Source: Octopus sinensis
Lineage: Eukaryota
Direction: 5' to 3'
Assembly (NCBI RefSeq): GCF_006345805.1
Contig: NC_043007.1
Span: 73,532,001-73,596,000 of the forward strand
DNA length: 64,000 nt
The position numbers were made by a program, and so were the translations under genes. Each line of letters begins with the position of its first letter. Position 1 is the first letter of the stretch. The notes under the pieces are model-generated. The model ran no database searches. It was not told where the DNA came from and was given only the letters and a program-made list of their open reading frames with translations. Of the stretch, positions 23,990-37,258 are shown piece by piece.

Positions 23990-24380
23990 GAGTCCAGAGT
24001 GATTTGTTGAGATAGAGAATTGTCAATAAAGCATGAATGAACCTTCTGTCATGCCCACATATTTCCGTAGATCTAACTGCTCATTTGGATCTTTTGATAT
24101 CACCTCCACCTCATATACAATACTGTCTGTGTTTCACTGGCCATTAAGCAGATATGGAGTGTTGCCTCTGCACAAACATCCTGTCTCTGTCTCAGGTATG
24201 GGTCTACCTTCTAAGAGTTTGCTCATATTAGGTGCACAGCTAAAAGAAACACTGAAGCTATGTCTATTAAATATTTTTCTGAACCTATGCATTTGGGGAG
24301 GTGTTTAGCCACTAAACTAAAGAAAATCTTACTGCACAAATTCAATATTCAGGGAAAAGGGGCTGTGAACCACAAACCTT
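23990..24380 (-). mobile_element. Penelope-like linker + GIY-YIG remnant
   Basis: WFTAPF...SLVAKHLPK...DSIVYEVEVISKDPNEQLDLRKYVGMTEGSF. Confidence 0.6.
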
Positions 24381-24714
24381 TTCTCTTCATGGAGCTAGGT
24401 TTGAGTATGACACTAATCTTATTCTTAAAACTGCTGGTTTCAAGGGCCTAATTGCAATACAGGTTCTCTTTATTTTAACACAGGCTAGATATTTTTCAGC
24501 TGATACCCTAAACAAGGTTCCTAAGTGCTATTGGTGGACGACAGTAGGATATATTAATATATGTGACCCTTGAGTTTGGTTTTATAAAACGTTTATAAGC
24601 ACAAGTTTCAATGTTTAAAATCACACTGAGGAAACATGTTAAAAAATATATATGTGTGTGTGTGTGGGGGGTCTATATGTGTGTTTAAATATACATATAT
24701 GTGTTTGGCACAAT

Positions 24715-24985
24715 TCCTTCCAGGATCTTCCAGATGTATATTACTGCATACCTCTCCTACCTTCTCTTCAGGGAGTAGAGTCTTAGCTGTTTCAACCTTT
24801 CCCAGTAGGTGAGCAGTTGCAAAGAGACGATCTTCTTTGTGAATCTTCTCTGGATTGCTTCAAGGTCCACTGTTAATTTCACACTGGTGGGTGACCATGG
24901 TTGTGAGTAGTAATCCAGATGGTTGAGGACGAATGTCCTCCAGAGGACCGTCATGGTTTTGTCATCTCTGGTTCTGAATGTTCTA
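24715..24985 (-). mobile_element. CR1/L2-clade LINE C-terminal fragment
   Basis: LWRTFVLNHLDYYSQPWSP...LEAIQRRFTKKI...YWERLKQLRLYSLKRR. Confidence 0.8.
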
Positions 24986-25046
24986 ATTCATACACATGTC
25001 CTCATCCATATATACATACATAATACATATATATATACATATATAC

Positions 25047-25083
<37 letters not shown>

Positions 25084-25489
25084 AATATATATATACACAC
25101 ACACACATATATATATATCATCTGAATGTTCTAATCCATACGCATGTCCTCATCCATATATATATAATATATATATATCATCAACATCATCATTTAACAT
25201 CTGTTGTCCATGCTGGCATGGGTTAAATGGTTAGACTGGGCTAGCAGGCCGTGCCAGGCTTGAGTCTGATTTGGCATGGTTTTCTAAGGCTAGATGCCCT
25301 TTCTAACACTAAACCACCAGCATGGGTGTCATTTTCATGACACCACTATCTGCCATGACTGCCATTTTGCTCGGCTTGATGGATCTTCTTCTCAAGAACG
25401 TCACAATGCCAAAAGTCTTAATCAATGTGTCCATGAGGCCCAACACTTGAAAGGAACTCGGCCACTTTGCTTCCATGAGGCCCAATATA

Positions 25490-25592
25490 TCTATATATTT
25501 ATATATACAAATATATATATATATATATATACATATATATACATTTATATATATATATGTATTTATATACATATATATATACATTTATATAC

Positions 25593-25624
<32 letters not shown>

Positions 25625-25706
25625 TATACATTTATTATATATATGTATTTATATACATATATATATATACATTTATATACTATATATATATATATATATA
25701 TAATAT

Positions 25707-25744
<38 letters not shown>

Positions 25745-25794
25745 TATACATTTATTATATATATGTATTTATTATACATATATATATATACATT

Positions 25795-25856
<62 letters not shown>

Positions 25857-26291
25857 CATATATATATACATTTATATATATATATGTATTATATACATAT
25901 ATATATATAATATAATATATATATATACATTTATATATATATATATATATATACACATATATATATATATAATACACATATATGATACATATATTATATA
26001 TATATATAATACATATATATATACACACACACATATACATGATACATATATATATATATAATATATATATATATACACATATATGATACATATAGATATA
26101 TATATATATATATATACACATATATGATACATATTATATATATATATATATAATATACACATATATGATACATATAATATATATATATATATATATACAC
26201 ATATATGATACATATATATATTATATATATATATATATCTATATATATATATATATATAATACATATATATATACATATATATATATATAG

Positions 26292-26322
<31 letters not shown>

Positions 26323-26368
26323 TATACACATATATGATACATATATATATAATACACATATATGATAC

Positions 26369-26423
<55 letters not shown>

Positions 26424-26425
26424 TG

Positions 26426-26463
<38 letters not shown>

Positions 26464-26636
26464 GATACATATATAATATATACATTATATACATATATAC
26501 ATATATATATACATATATATACATTTATATATATATGTATTTATATATACATATATATATATATACATTTATATACATATATATATATATACACATATAT
26601 ATACATATATATATACACATATATGATACATATATT

Positions 26637-26678
<42 letters not shown>

Positions 26679-26680
26679 TG

Positions 26681-26725
<45 letters not shown>

Positions 26726-26823
26726 TGATACATATATATATATAATATATATACACATATATGATACATATATATAATATTATATATATATAATATATAT
26801 ATATATATATACACACATATATG

Positions 26824-26878
<55 letters not shown>

Positions 26879-26913
26879 TGATACATATATATATACACAC
26901 ACACATATACATG

Positions 26914-26962
<49 letters not shown>

Positions 26963-26990
26963 ATACACACACACATACATATATATATAC
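25490..26990. repeat. 1.5-kb compound (TA)n block with recurring cacatatatgatacat motif
   Basis: Direct reading. Confidence 0.95.
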
Positions 26991-27245
26991 TCTTTTACTT
27001 GTTTCAGTCATTTGACAGTAGCCATGCTGGATCACTGCTTTTAGTCGAGCAAATCGACCCCAGGACTTATTCTTTGTAAGCCTAGTACTTATTCTATCGG
27101 TCTCTTTTGCCGAACTGCTAAGTTACGGGGGACATAACACACCAGCATCGGTTGTCAAGCGATTTTGGGGGGACAAACATAGACACACAAACATACACAC
27201 ACACACACATATATGTATATGTATATGGAAGAAGCCCATCGTATG

Positions 27246-27281
<36 letters not shown>

Positions 27282-27493
27282 TACATACGATGGGCTTCTT
27301 CCGTTTACCAAATCCACTCACAAGGCTTTAGTTGGCCCGAGGCTATAGTAGAAAACACTTGCCCAAGGTGCAATGCAGTAGGACTGAACCCAGAACCATG
27401 TGGTTGATAAGCAAGCTACTTACCACACAACCATGATATATATATATATATACCCATGCTAGCATGGAGAACGGACGTTAAACGACGATGATG

Positions 27494-27525
<32 letters not shown>

Positions 27526-27663
27526 TTGTAATGATACATATATATGCATATATAATACATATACATATATATAATACGTACACATATATGATACATATAT
27601 TATATATATATTATATATATATATAGACATATGTATATGATACATATACATATATATATAGAA

Positions 27664-29480
27664 TCATCATCATCATTGTTTAACGTCTGCTTTTCATGCT
27701 AGCATGGGTTGGACGATTTGACTAAGGTCTGGCAAACCAGATAGCTGCACCAGACTCGAATCTGATCTGGCAGAGTTTCTACAACTGGATGCCCTTCCTA
27801 ACGCCAACCACTCCGAAAGTGTAGTGGGTGCTTTTACATGCCACCGGCATGAGGGCCAGTCAGGCAGGAGAGGTATGCAGTAATATACATCTTGAAGATC
27901 CTGGAAAGGATTGTGCCAAACACATATATCTATATTTATACACACACATAGACACCCCTGCTCAAATGGTGCTTTTTATGTGCCACCTGCACAGGAGCCA
28001 GTTCAGCGGCCCTGGCAACGACCTCTCTCGAATGTTTTTTCACATGCCACCAGCACAAGTGCCAGTAAGGCGACGCAGATAACGATCACGCTCAAATGGT
28101 GTTTTTTTATGTATCATCGGCACGAAGGCCAGCTTGTAGCACTGGCAACGATCTCACTCATATGGTACTCTTAGCGCTCCACTAGCACAGATGCCAGTCA
28201 GCGAATTTGATTTCGATTTCACTTGCCTCAACAGGTTTTTACAAGCATATTTTAGTGTCCAATGAAAGAAAGGTACACATAAGTGGACTGGTTACACCCC
28301 TGGCATAGGCCACAAGATTATGGTCTCACTTGCACTTGCTGAGTCTTCTCAAGCACAGCTCTCACTAATCATTCATCTATCCCTAGTTTCTTCATTGATC
28401 ACCAGATAAGGGATCGGTGGACCCTGTCAAAGGCTTTCTCCATGTCAACGAAAGCCAGGTACAGAGGTTTATCTTTGGCTAGGTATTTCTCCTGCAGCTG
28501 TCTTACCAGAAATATAACATCAGTGGTGCTTTTCCCTGGCATGAACCCAAACTGCATCTCATCTAAATTGACTCTCTCCCTAATTAGTTGGGCTATGTCC
28601 TTCTCCATGACCTCCATTACCTGATCCAAAAACTTGATACCTCTGCAATTATTTGTATCTAAACCGTCACCTTTACTTTTGTAGCAGTTGACTATGGTGC
28701 TGCTACACCAGTCATTGGGTATGACTCTTTCAAGTTTCACCTGGTGAACTATATGGGTGACTAGGCAATAGCCGACATTGCCAAATATTTTGAGCATCTC
28801 TGCAGTAATTCCTGATGGGCTGGGGGTTTTCCGTCTTCATACTTTTAATTGCTTTATCTACCAATGTACTGTCAACTTGGATAGTTGGTCCCTCTGTTGG
28901 GTTGACATTCAGCAGATTCTCTTTATCCCATTCATTTTCTTTATTGAGCAACCTTTCATAGTGGCGTCTCCAAACCTCTCTCTTTGCAGCCTAGTTCAGG
29001 GCAAGAGAACCATCATCCATGCGAACACATTTCTCTCCTACCACGTCATGATTCTCTCTCACACACTGTCTTGCAACACAAAATACCTCAAGTTTTTGGT
29101 CCTCACAGCACAGAACATTGGCAAATTTTTTCTTATCTGCTTCCCCTCTTGCTAAATAAGCCTGCCTCATAGCTTCTCTTCTAGCAGTCTGATACAATTT
29201 CCTGCTACCACTGTTCTTCCAGTCCTTCCAAGCCTGTTTCTTTTCTCTAATAGCCCTATCAACAACATTGTTCCACCATCACGTTATTTTGGGTTGAGAG
29301 GGGACTTTGCACCATCCACAGATCTGGTCAGTGGCCCTCAGCAGGTTGTCCCATAGAAACCTCCAGTTGTCTTCTACATCGTGTGAAGCTATATCCCCTT
29401 CTATTTCGTTAAAGGCTTCGAGTAATGTCTCTAAATCTCTGTCCATTCACAGGATCTTTAAGCTTCCAGACCCTTCTTTG
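27664..29480 (-). mobile_element. RTE LINE, internally deleted (RT N-terminal part + 3' UTR)
   Basis: QFGFMPGKSTTDVIFLVRQLQEKYLAKDKPLYLAFVDMEKAFDRV; (CAT)n tail at 27664. Confidence 0.9.
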
Positions 29481-29934
29481 CAATGCTGGTCGTCTTCTAG
29501 GCATCCACTTAGCCCTGATCCTGTAGTCATTTTTTATATATATCTTTTGCCATTTAAAATTTTTGCTACTTAAGCAACCAGTAAAATATACATCTTTCAG
29601 TTTGAAAACAGCTACTTGAAGCTTGAAAGACATATCAGAGTAACTCACGATAAACATTATTATTAATATAAAAATTATCCCCTCAAAAAGCCATCTCTAC
29701 TCATTTTTTCAAATATATATATACAGACACACATACATATATACGCACACATTAACACATATATGTGTGTATATATATATATATTATATATATATATACA
29801 TACACACATATATATACATACACACACACACATATATATTTATACATACTTATATAGGAAAATGAACACTCATTTTCATTGTTTGACATTTATGTACATA
29901 TATATACACACACACAATCATTCTTGTAGCCAGT

Positions 29935-30250
29935 CTTCCCAATGTTGAGTCCACATTGGGAAGACTGTCTTTTTCCCAAGCATTCTCCACATGTAACAGC
30001 CTTTTATAACAGTACTTCAGTGCCGCTTTTTTTTCAGAATCATTAAGTGCAACCACGAGATTATCTATTTCTATACATTTCTCATGCAAAACACCTTGAT
30101 TCTTATATCTTCTCATTGATAAGCAGTAGAACATTAGCAAACGTCTTACATTTTGCTTCTCCCCTTGAATAGTAAACCTATTGCCTAACTTCTCTTTTAG
30201 CCAGCTGATACATTTCTCTCTTACCCTAATTCTACCGGGTCTTTTCAAAT
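29935..30250 (-). mobile_element. Older RTE ORF fragment
   Basis: RLLHVENAWEKDSLPNVDST parallels LNKENEWDKENLLNVNPTEG in the 28.7-kb RTE copy. Confidence 0.65.
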
Positions 30251-30629
30251 TTATTTCTTTGTTTTTTTTTTGTGTCTGTCTACCTTACTGTTCCCCTGCC
30301 ATATTGCTTTCAGTTTGGTTTGAAATTTGCAGCAGCCACATATTTGGTTTGTAACCTTCAGTAGGTTGCTTCTCAAAAACTTGTAACTGTACCTATGCTA
30401 TGTCTCTATCTCAACATCTTTTTTGTCAAATTATTCAACTACTACTTCTCTAAATTTTATATATATATATATATGAATATATACATGTATATATATATAT
30501 ATATATAAATATGAATATATACATGTATATATATATGTATAAATATGAATATATACATGTATATATATATGTATAAATATGAATATATATATATATATTA
30601 TATAAATATATATATATATATATATATAG

Positions 30630-30923
30630 TGGAGGCGCAATGGCCCAGTGGTTAGGGTAGCTGACTCGCGGTTATAGGATCGCAGTTTCAATTCCCAGAC
30701 TGGTGTTGAGTGTTTATTGAGCAAAAACATCTAAAGCTTTTTGACGCTCCGGCAGGGGGGGAGGTCCCTGCTGTACTCTTTCGCCACAACTTTCTCTCAC
30801 TCTTTCTTCTGTTGGCCTGCTCACTTAGTCAGCGGAGTGGCATCATTTGAAGGCTAAAACAATGCGAAGCGCATTGTGACCAGCGATGTGTAGTAACATC
30901 TGATAGCCTAGTCAGTCACGGTG

Positions 30924-30925
<2 letters not shown>
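30630..30925 (+). mobile_element. tRNA-derived SINE (third family)
   Basis: ggaggcgcaatggcccagtggttaggg box A, gtttcaattccc box B, non-tRNA body, TA-repeat flanks. Confidence 0.7.
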
Positions 30926-30959
<34 letters not shown>

Positions 30960-30977
30960 AATATATGTATATATATA

Positions 30978-32433
30978 TGAAGTATATTTGCCACTTAAAT
31001 GTGGCTAACCACTAAGGGTGGATGCTACTGTAGCTTGTAGCCCCAGGAGAACATCTTCGCCAGCTGGCTATTGACACACTTTCTGTGCCCTATAAGTATT
31101 TGCAAAGGGAAGCCATCCTTCCCATCATCGACCTTACATGATACACACGGACCCGGGTTTCTGAGCATTTACCTGTCATCAGCACACGACAATCATCGGT
31201 TTTCATTGCAAAGGGGTCCCAATGCAAATACATATATCCTTTTTCCAGTGACAAAAAGTCACTGATCTCGAAAAATGTAAACACTTTTATTCTCCTAGGG
31301 CTACAAGCTACAGTTTCAGTAGGATGGGTTGGGTTGTGGTTGTGGTCTAATGTAAGGGTATCTGTACTGGAGCTGTGTGTATGTTGAGTGTTCATATGAC
31401 TAGTGTTGTAATTATCTGAGTTATGATAGTAAAGAGAAAGCTTTTGCGTATTAGAGGCTGCTACAATAGATTCAAAGTTAGGTGGGCAGAATAAGATAGT
31501 TTCAGGGTGGATCTATTAAAGATAGAATGATATTTATGTTGCCAAGGGAAGTTAGAGTCTAGTATTTTAAAGAAGGACTTGCCAATTTCTTAATGTTAAG
31601 TGAGAATGGGGGGGCGGGGGATGTACCACAGAATAGAGTATCTGCCGCTTTTTTTAGGGTGTCTGGGAGTAGTGCTATCTAAGTTTTTAGATAAAGGAGT
31701 GCTATCTATATTTTTGGAGAATGCATGTGGGTGGTGAGGCCTGTTGTTGCTAGCTGTTTTAGTTTTTGACCTAGTGTTAAATGTATGTGTGTGGGGTCTA
31801 GGTTGCCTAGGTGTAAGACCTTCCAGGGTTCCATCGACAAGTGTGTGTGGTTGGTTGCGATTATGATGGTTGGTGCATGTTTGAGATACATGTTGTTTGA
31901 GCCTGGATGCATTCTATTTGTTGGGAAAAGCCGCTAGCAGTGAGTGCTTGATTGTAATATGGTGTGTGATTATTGAAAATGTCCTCAGTGGAAGAGTGGT
32001 TGGATATGCAGGTTGAAATGCCCTTGATCATGTTATCAAAAATGGATTTGTGGTGATTGGAGTGGATGTTAAGGTATTTAAGATATTAGTTAAATTTGTG
32101 GTAAGGGGAGTATTGGGAGGTTGATAAGTTTAGAGTTATGTCAAGAAAGTTAGCAGTTTTGTGAGCGTTTTCAAAAGTGATAGATAGGTTTAGGTTAGAG
32201 AAGAATTTATGTAGATCCTTTCTAGTTCTTTCTAAGGAGGAGTCATTTATGCTTTTGGTAACTAGTAAGGCGCAGTCACTGTATAGGCCTTCCTTGATGT
32301 TAGGGAAATGTATATGGAGCTGGTGAAGTATATATAGTCCAACTAAGTCAGTGACCTGTGCTGAATCAGATGATCCCATGGTTATATTGAATAGGTTGCT
32401 ATGGTTATATCTATCTCTCTCTATCACCACCAC
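30978..32433 (-). mobile_element. Penelope-like element: RT, thumb/linker and terminal repeat
   Basis: FNITMGSSDSAQVTDLVGLYIL...GLYSDC (YRDD decayed)...NFLDITLNL...NIHSNHHKSI...FNNHTPYYNQAL...SIFNRSTLKLSYS. Confidence 0.85.
31144..31190 (-). ncRNA. Hammerhead-like motif in the PLE terminal repeat
   Basis: cgtgtg-CTGATGA-caggtaaatgctca-GAAA-CCCGG-GTC-cgtgtg; intact core and GUC; ACCCGGGT palindrome; stems I and II degenerate. Confidence 0.5.
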
Positions 32434-32624
32434 CTCCCCATTCCTACTATCAATTTATCATGACTGACCACTAACCAGTGCACTCTTCCTCTCTTCATTT
32501 TTCTTTTCTTTATTCCTCTCATCCTGTTTTCAATTTGATCTTACAAATACATTCCCAACTTTTAAGTCACTATAATTAAAACCATCTATTCAATAACACT
32601 ATGTACAAACTCTATACTTGGAAT

Positions 32625-32653
32625 GACCAAGTATATATCTATCTATCTATCTA

Positions 32654-32688
<35 letters not shown>

Positions 32689-33131
32689 TTATATATATAT
32701 AAATGTATTCATTTATATATATATATATATATACATTCATATATACATTCATATTATATTATATACATTCATATATACATTCATATATATATATATATAC
32801 ATTCATATATATATATAACATTCATATATATATACATTCATATATATATATATATACATTCATATATATATACATTCATATATACATTCATATATATATA
32901 GATATATATTATATATATATAGATATATATATAATATATATATATCATCATCATCCTCGTTTAATGGACGTTAAACGAGGATGATGATGATAATATATAT
33001 CTATATTTTTTCATATATATATATATATATGTATGCATATATATATTATATATGTATGCATATATGTATGTATGTATATATGTGTAATGTATATATATTT
33101 ATATTGTGTGTAATATTATATGTATATATAA

Positions 33132-33214
<83 letters not shown>

Positions 33215-33420
33215 TATAATATGTATATATATAAGTATATATATGAATATATATGTATATATTATATTATATATATGAATATATATATATATATGAAATA
33301 TTATATATATATGAAATAAATATCTATATATATATATATGAAATAAATATATATATATATATATGAAATAAATATATATATATATATGAAATAAATATAT
33401 ATATGAATATATATATATAT
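32625..33420. repeat. Compound TA-rich microsatellite
   Basis: Direct reading. Confidence 0.95.
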
Positions 33421-33850
33421 ATAGGCGTAGGAGTGGCTGTGTGGTAAGTAGCTTGCTTACCAACCACATGGTTCCGGTTTCAGTCCCACTGAGTAACACC
33501 TTGGGCAAGTGTATTCTACTGTAGCCTCGGGCTGACCAAAGCTTTGTGAGTGGATTTGGTAGACACAAACTGAAAGAAGCCGTCGTATATATGTATATAT
33601 ATATTTATGTGTGTGTGTGTGTATATGTATGTGTGTCAGTATATCTTTGTGTGTCTGTGTTTGCCCCCCAACATCGCTTTACAACCGATGCTGGTGTGTT
33701 TATGTCCCCTGTAACTAACATAGCAGTTCAGCTAAAGAGACCGATAGAATAAGTACTAGGCTTACAAAGAATAAGTACTGGAGTCGATTTGCTTGACTAA
33801 AGGTTGTGCTCCAGCATGGCCACAGTCAAATGACTGAAACAAGTAAAAGA
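33421..33850 (+). mobile_element. Full-length SINE (ggcgtaggagtggctgtgtggtaag family)
   Basis: Complete head, body and gaaacaagtaaaaga tail. Confidence 0.8.
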
Positions 33851-33859
33851 GCAACGTGT

Positions 33860-35050
33860 GTGTATATATATATGTATATATATACATATGCCTATATATA
33901 TATATATACATATATGTATATACATATGCATATATATATATATACATATATGTATATACATATGCATATATATTATATACATATATGTATATACATATGC
34001 ATATATATATATATATACTATATATACAGATGCATATATATATATATATATATACATATATATACATATGCATATATATATATATATATACATATATATA
34101 CATAGCATATATTATATATAATATATATATACATATGCATATATAATATACATATGCATATATATATATACATATGAATATATATATATACATATGACTA
34201 TATATATATATATATACATATGAATATATATATCTATATATATACATATGAATAATTATATATATATATATATATATGAATATATCTATATATATATATA
34301 TATCTGATCTATATATATATATATATATATACATATGAATCATATATATATATATATATATACATATGAATATATATATATATATATATATCTACATTGA
34401 ATATATATTATATATATATACATATGAATATATATATATATATATATATATACATATGAATATATATATATATATCAATACTACATATGAATATATATAT
34501 ATATAATATATAAGCCATATGATATATATATATATATATATATATATACTACATATGAATATTATATATATATACATATGAATATATAATATATTATACA
34601 CCATATATGTTTGTGTGTGTGTATATATGAATATATATGTATGTGTATTGAATATATAATATGGATATATATTTAGTATATGTATATACAGTATGTGTGT
34701 GTGTATGTATATATATATATATATGTTTACAGTATGTATGTATGTGCTACATATATATAGATATATATACACAGTATGTATATATATATACATATAGATA
34801 TACATATACACATATATATATATACATATACACATATATGTATATACATACACATATATATATGCATATACACACACACATATATATGCATATACACATA
34901 TATGTATATACATATATATATATACATATATATTTATATACATATTTACATATGTATGTATACAGCATGTATAAATCATATAAATGTAAATACATACATT
35001 CATATATATATATATGTATACATACAGACACATACTCTATATATATAGAT
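33860..35050. repeat. Compound TA/TACA/CATATG microsatellite
   Basis: Direct reading. Confidence 0.95.
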
Positions 35051-35349
35051 ATAAACAAAATCTTAAAAAAAAAAAATAGAATGACACGCACCTTTTGGAA
35101 GGAAGTTTCCGTATTGTGTGTAGGCGCTTTCGCTGTTTACAGCTTTTGAAGCACATATGTTATGGGGTAATCCGTGATGGGTGACTTGTTTTAGAACTGG
35201 AGTTGGCTATATCTGGTTTACTTGAAGTTTTACCACTCTTATAAATTATTCTTCTTTTGCTTTTCGTAGCTGTTTCTTTTTTTCCTTTATTTTGAAAAAA
35301 GGAAATATTTTGAATTTTCTGTTTCCACAAAAAGGTGAGAAGTGACTTG

Positions 35350-36070
35350 TAGAACTATAAATATTCCTTCAGAGAAAAGAAAATACCCACAAAACTTACT
35401 AAATCATGCCATTACCAAGGCATTCTCTGTCCTTTGGATAATCCCTCACAATGAGAGCAAAGGCAAAAACAAAGCATAAATATTCCATTCGTAGTCACCC
35501 ACAATCCTAGGAACCATAATATCTTACTTTTGGCCAAACAACACCTTCCAACTCTACATCAACTGTGAAACCTCAGAAAAATAATTAAAGAATCACAAAT
35601 TATCAACAGCCAAAGACAACCAAATCTTAAAAGACTGTTAACAAAGGCAAAAATCACATCAGTAATAGAAATAGCATTAGTAACAAGTTGTGGAGGTCTT
35701 CATTGCAAGACGTGTAAAATGAATGTGGCAGGGAACAACCAAAATATTCAAGAATAGGAAAGAATTGAAGGTTAATTCAAATATGAGTCACAAAACAAAA
35801 AGTTTTCATTTATTGCATGCCTGCCCACAATGCAGTGAAACGATATCAACTAAACAGGATCAAAATGTATATCTTAGGTTAGGATATATAAGCAAAAAAT
35901 CAAAGACACATTCTTAGAAATGTTCCATGTAGTGAACACTCCGACATTTGAGCAAATGACAAAAATCAAAATATTTAATTTTTGCAAAATAAAGTAAGAA
36001 AATGATCAACTACGAAAGGCAAAAGAATATTTTATGAGAATTCTAAATCCAAAGCTGAACTGGAAATAGT
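35350..36070 (+). mobile_element. Penelope-like endonuclease region of a second PLE lineage, decayed
   Basis: FVVTHNPRNHNI...SQRQPNLKRLLTKAK...SCGGLHCKTCK...CPQCSE...NVPCSEH. Confidence 0.55.
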
Positions 36071-36849
36071 CAATACCACTACTAAGAACAACTTCTTGTA
36101 TACGGACTACTCCATAACATGTGTCTGAAAAGTGAAAACTCTTATGCACAATAAGAAACTATCCTTCAGAAAGGTTAATGACACTCTATTTTGATTTTAA
36201 AGAATCTTTTTTTATATCTTCTATCTTTTACTTGTTTCAGACATTCAACTTCAGCCATGCTGGGGTACTACCTTGAAGAATTTTAATTGAATACATCAAT
36301 GCCAGCACTTATTATTTTTCAAGCCAAGTACTTAGTCTATCAGTCTCTTTTGTTGAACAGTTAAGTTATGGAGACAGAAACACATGAACACCAGCTGTGA
36401 AGCAGCAGTGGAGGCGGGGAGCAGAGAATGACAGACACACACATATATGATGGTCTTTCAGTTTCCATCTAACAAATCCACTCATTACAAGGCTGTGGTC
36501 AGCTCTAGGCTAAAGCAGAAGACACTTGCCCAAGGTGCCATACAGTGGGACTGCAACCAGAACTATTGAGTTAGGAAGCAAACTTCTTATCACACAGCCA
36601 TGCCTGCACCAATATAATTAATGGGTTTTAATTAAAGAAAATCTTTCTTCAAATATTGTGACTGTATCGAGAATTCGTGACAAAAACTCTATATATATAT
36701 ATATATATGGTTGGTAAGATGTTGAAGGACAAATAGGTGATAGGTACATATAATGAGAGCTTAAGCCAAAACAAATACCAAAACATTGGCACTGAGTGCA
36801 GGATCTACCAAAAATAAAATTTGGCTATATGCTGAAGTATAATAAAATA

Positions 36850-37258
36850 AATGCATGAACAGGTTGTCTCAAGGTATCAAATCAATTTATAACATATTGA
36901 AGAGAGAAGTATAAATATATGTTAAAATATAGCAGGAAACTAGGAAGAGCCCTAAAAGTAAAATGTCATAATGATTCAAATAACAAGTACATTCTAGGGT
37001 GAGGAAAAAAAAACGTCCTTGATGTTGATTTGACCAAGATAGGTAAGTAAGATCAATACTGTCACAGGTGAAAACCCTTCACAGGTGGTTTTCACAGGTG
37101 AAAACCCTTCAATTGATGAAAATGAAGTCTGTAGGTAGTATTTTACAGCTGTTTCTAGAATAGGTTCATATTTGGTGCAGTTATGTTATGCAACTTATTC
37201 GTTCATCAGAAGAAGAATGCCTATAGCTGCAGGAAAAATAGAATGTCAGAATAGAGAG
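36850..37258 (+). repeat. Left arm of an about 410-bp dispersed inverted repeat
   Basis: Reverse complement of 40370-40785 with indels. Confidence 0.85.

Noticed and set aside
25294-27035. Many Ile/Tyr/His-rich ORFs (also at 1.5, 4.6, 14, 16, 32.6-35 kb)
   Set aside because: Translations of (TA)n/(CA)n/(ATGT)n microsatellites.
30630-30705. tRNA-like sequence
   Set aside because: Box A/B are present but it continues into a SINE body with no clean acceptor stem; it is a SINE head, as are the other tRNA-like heads.
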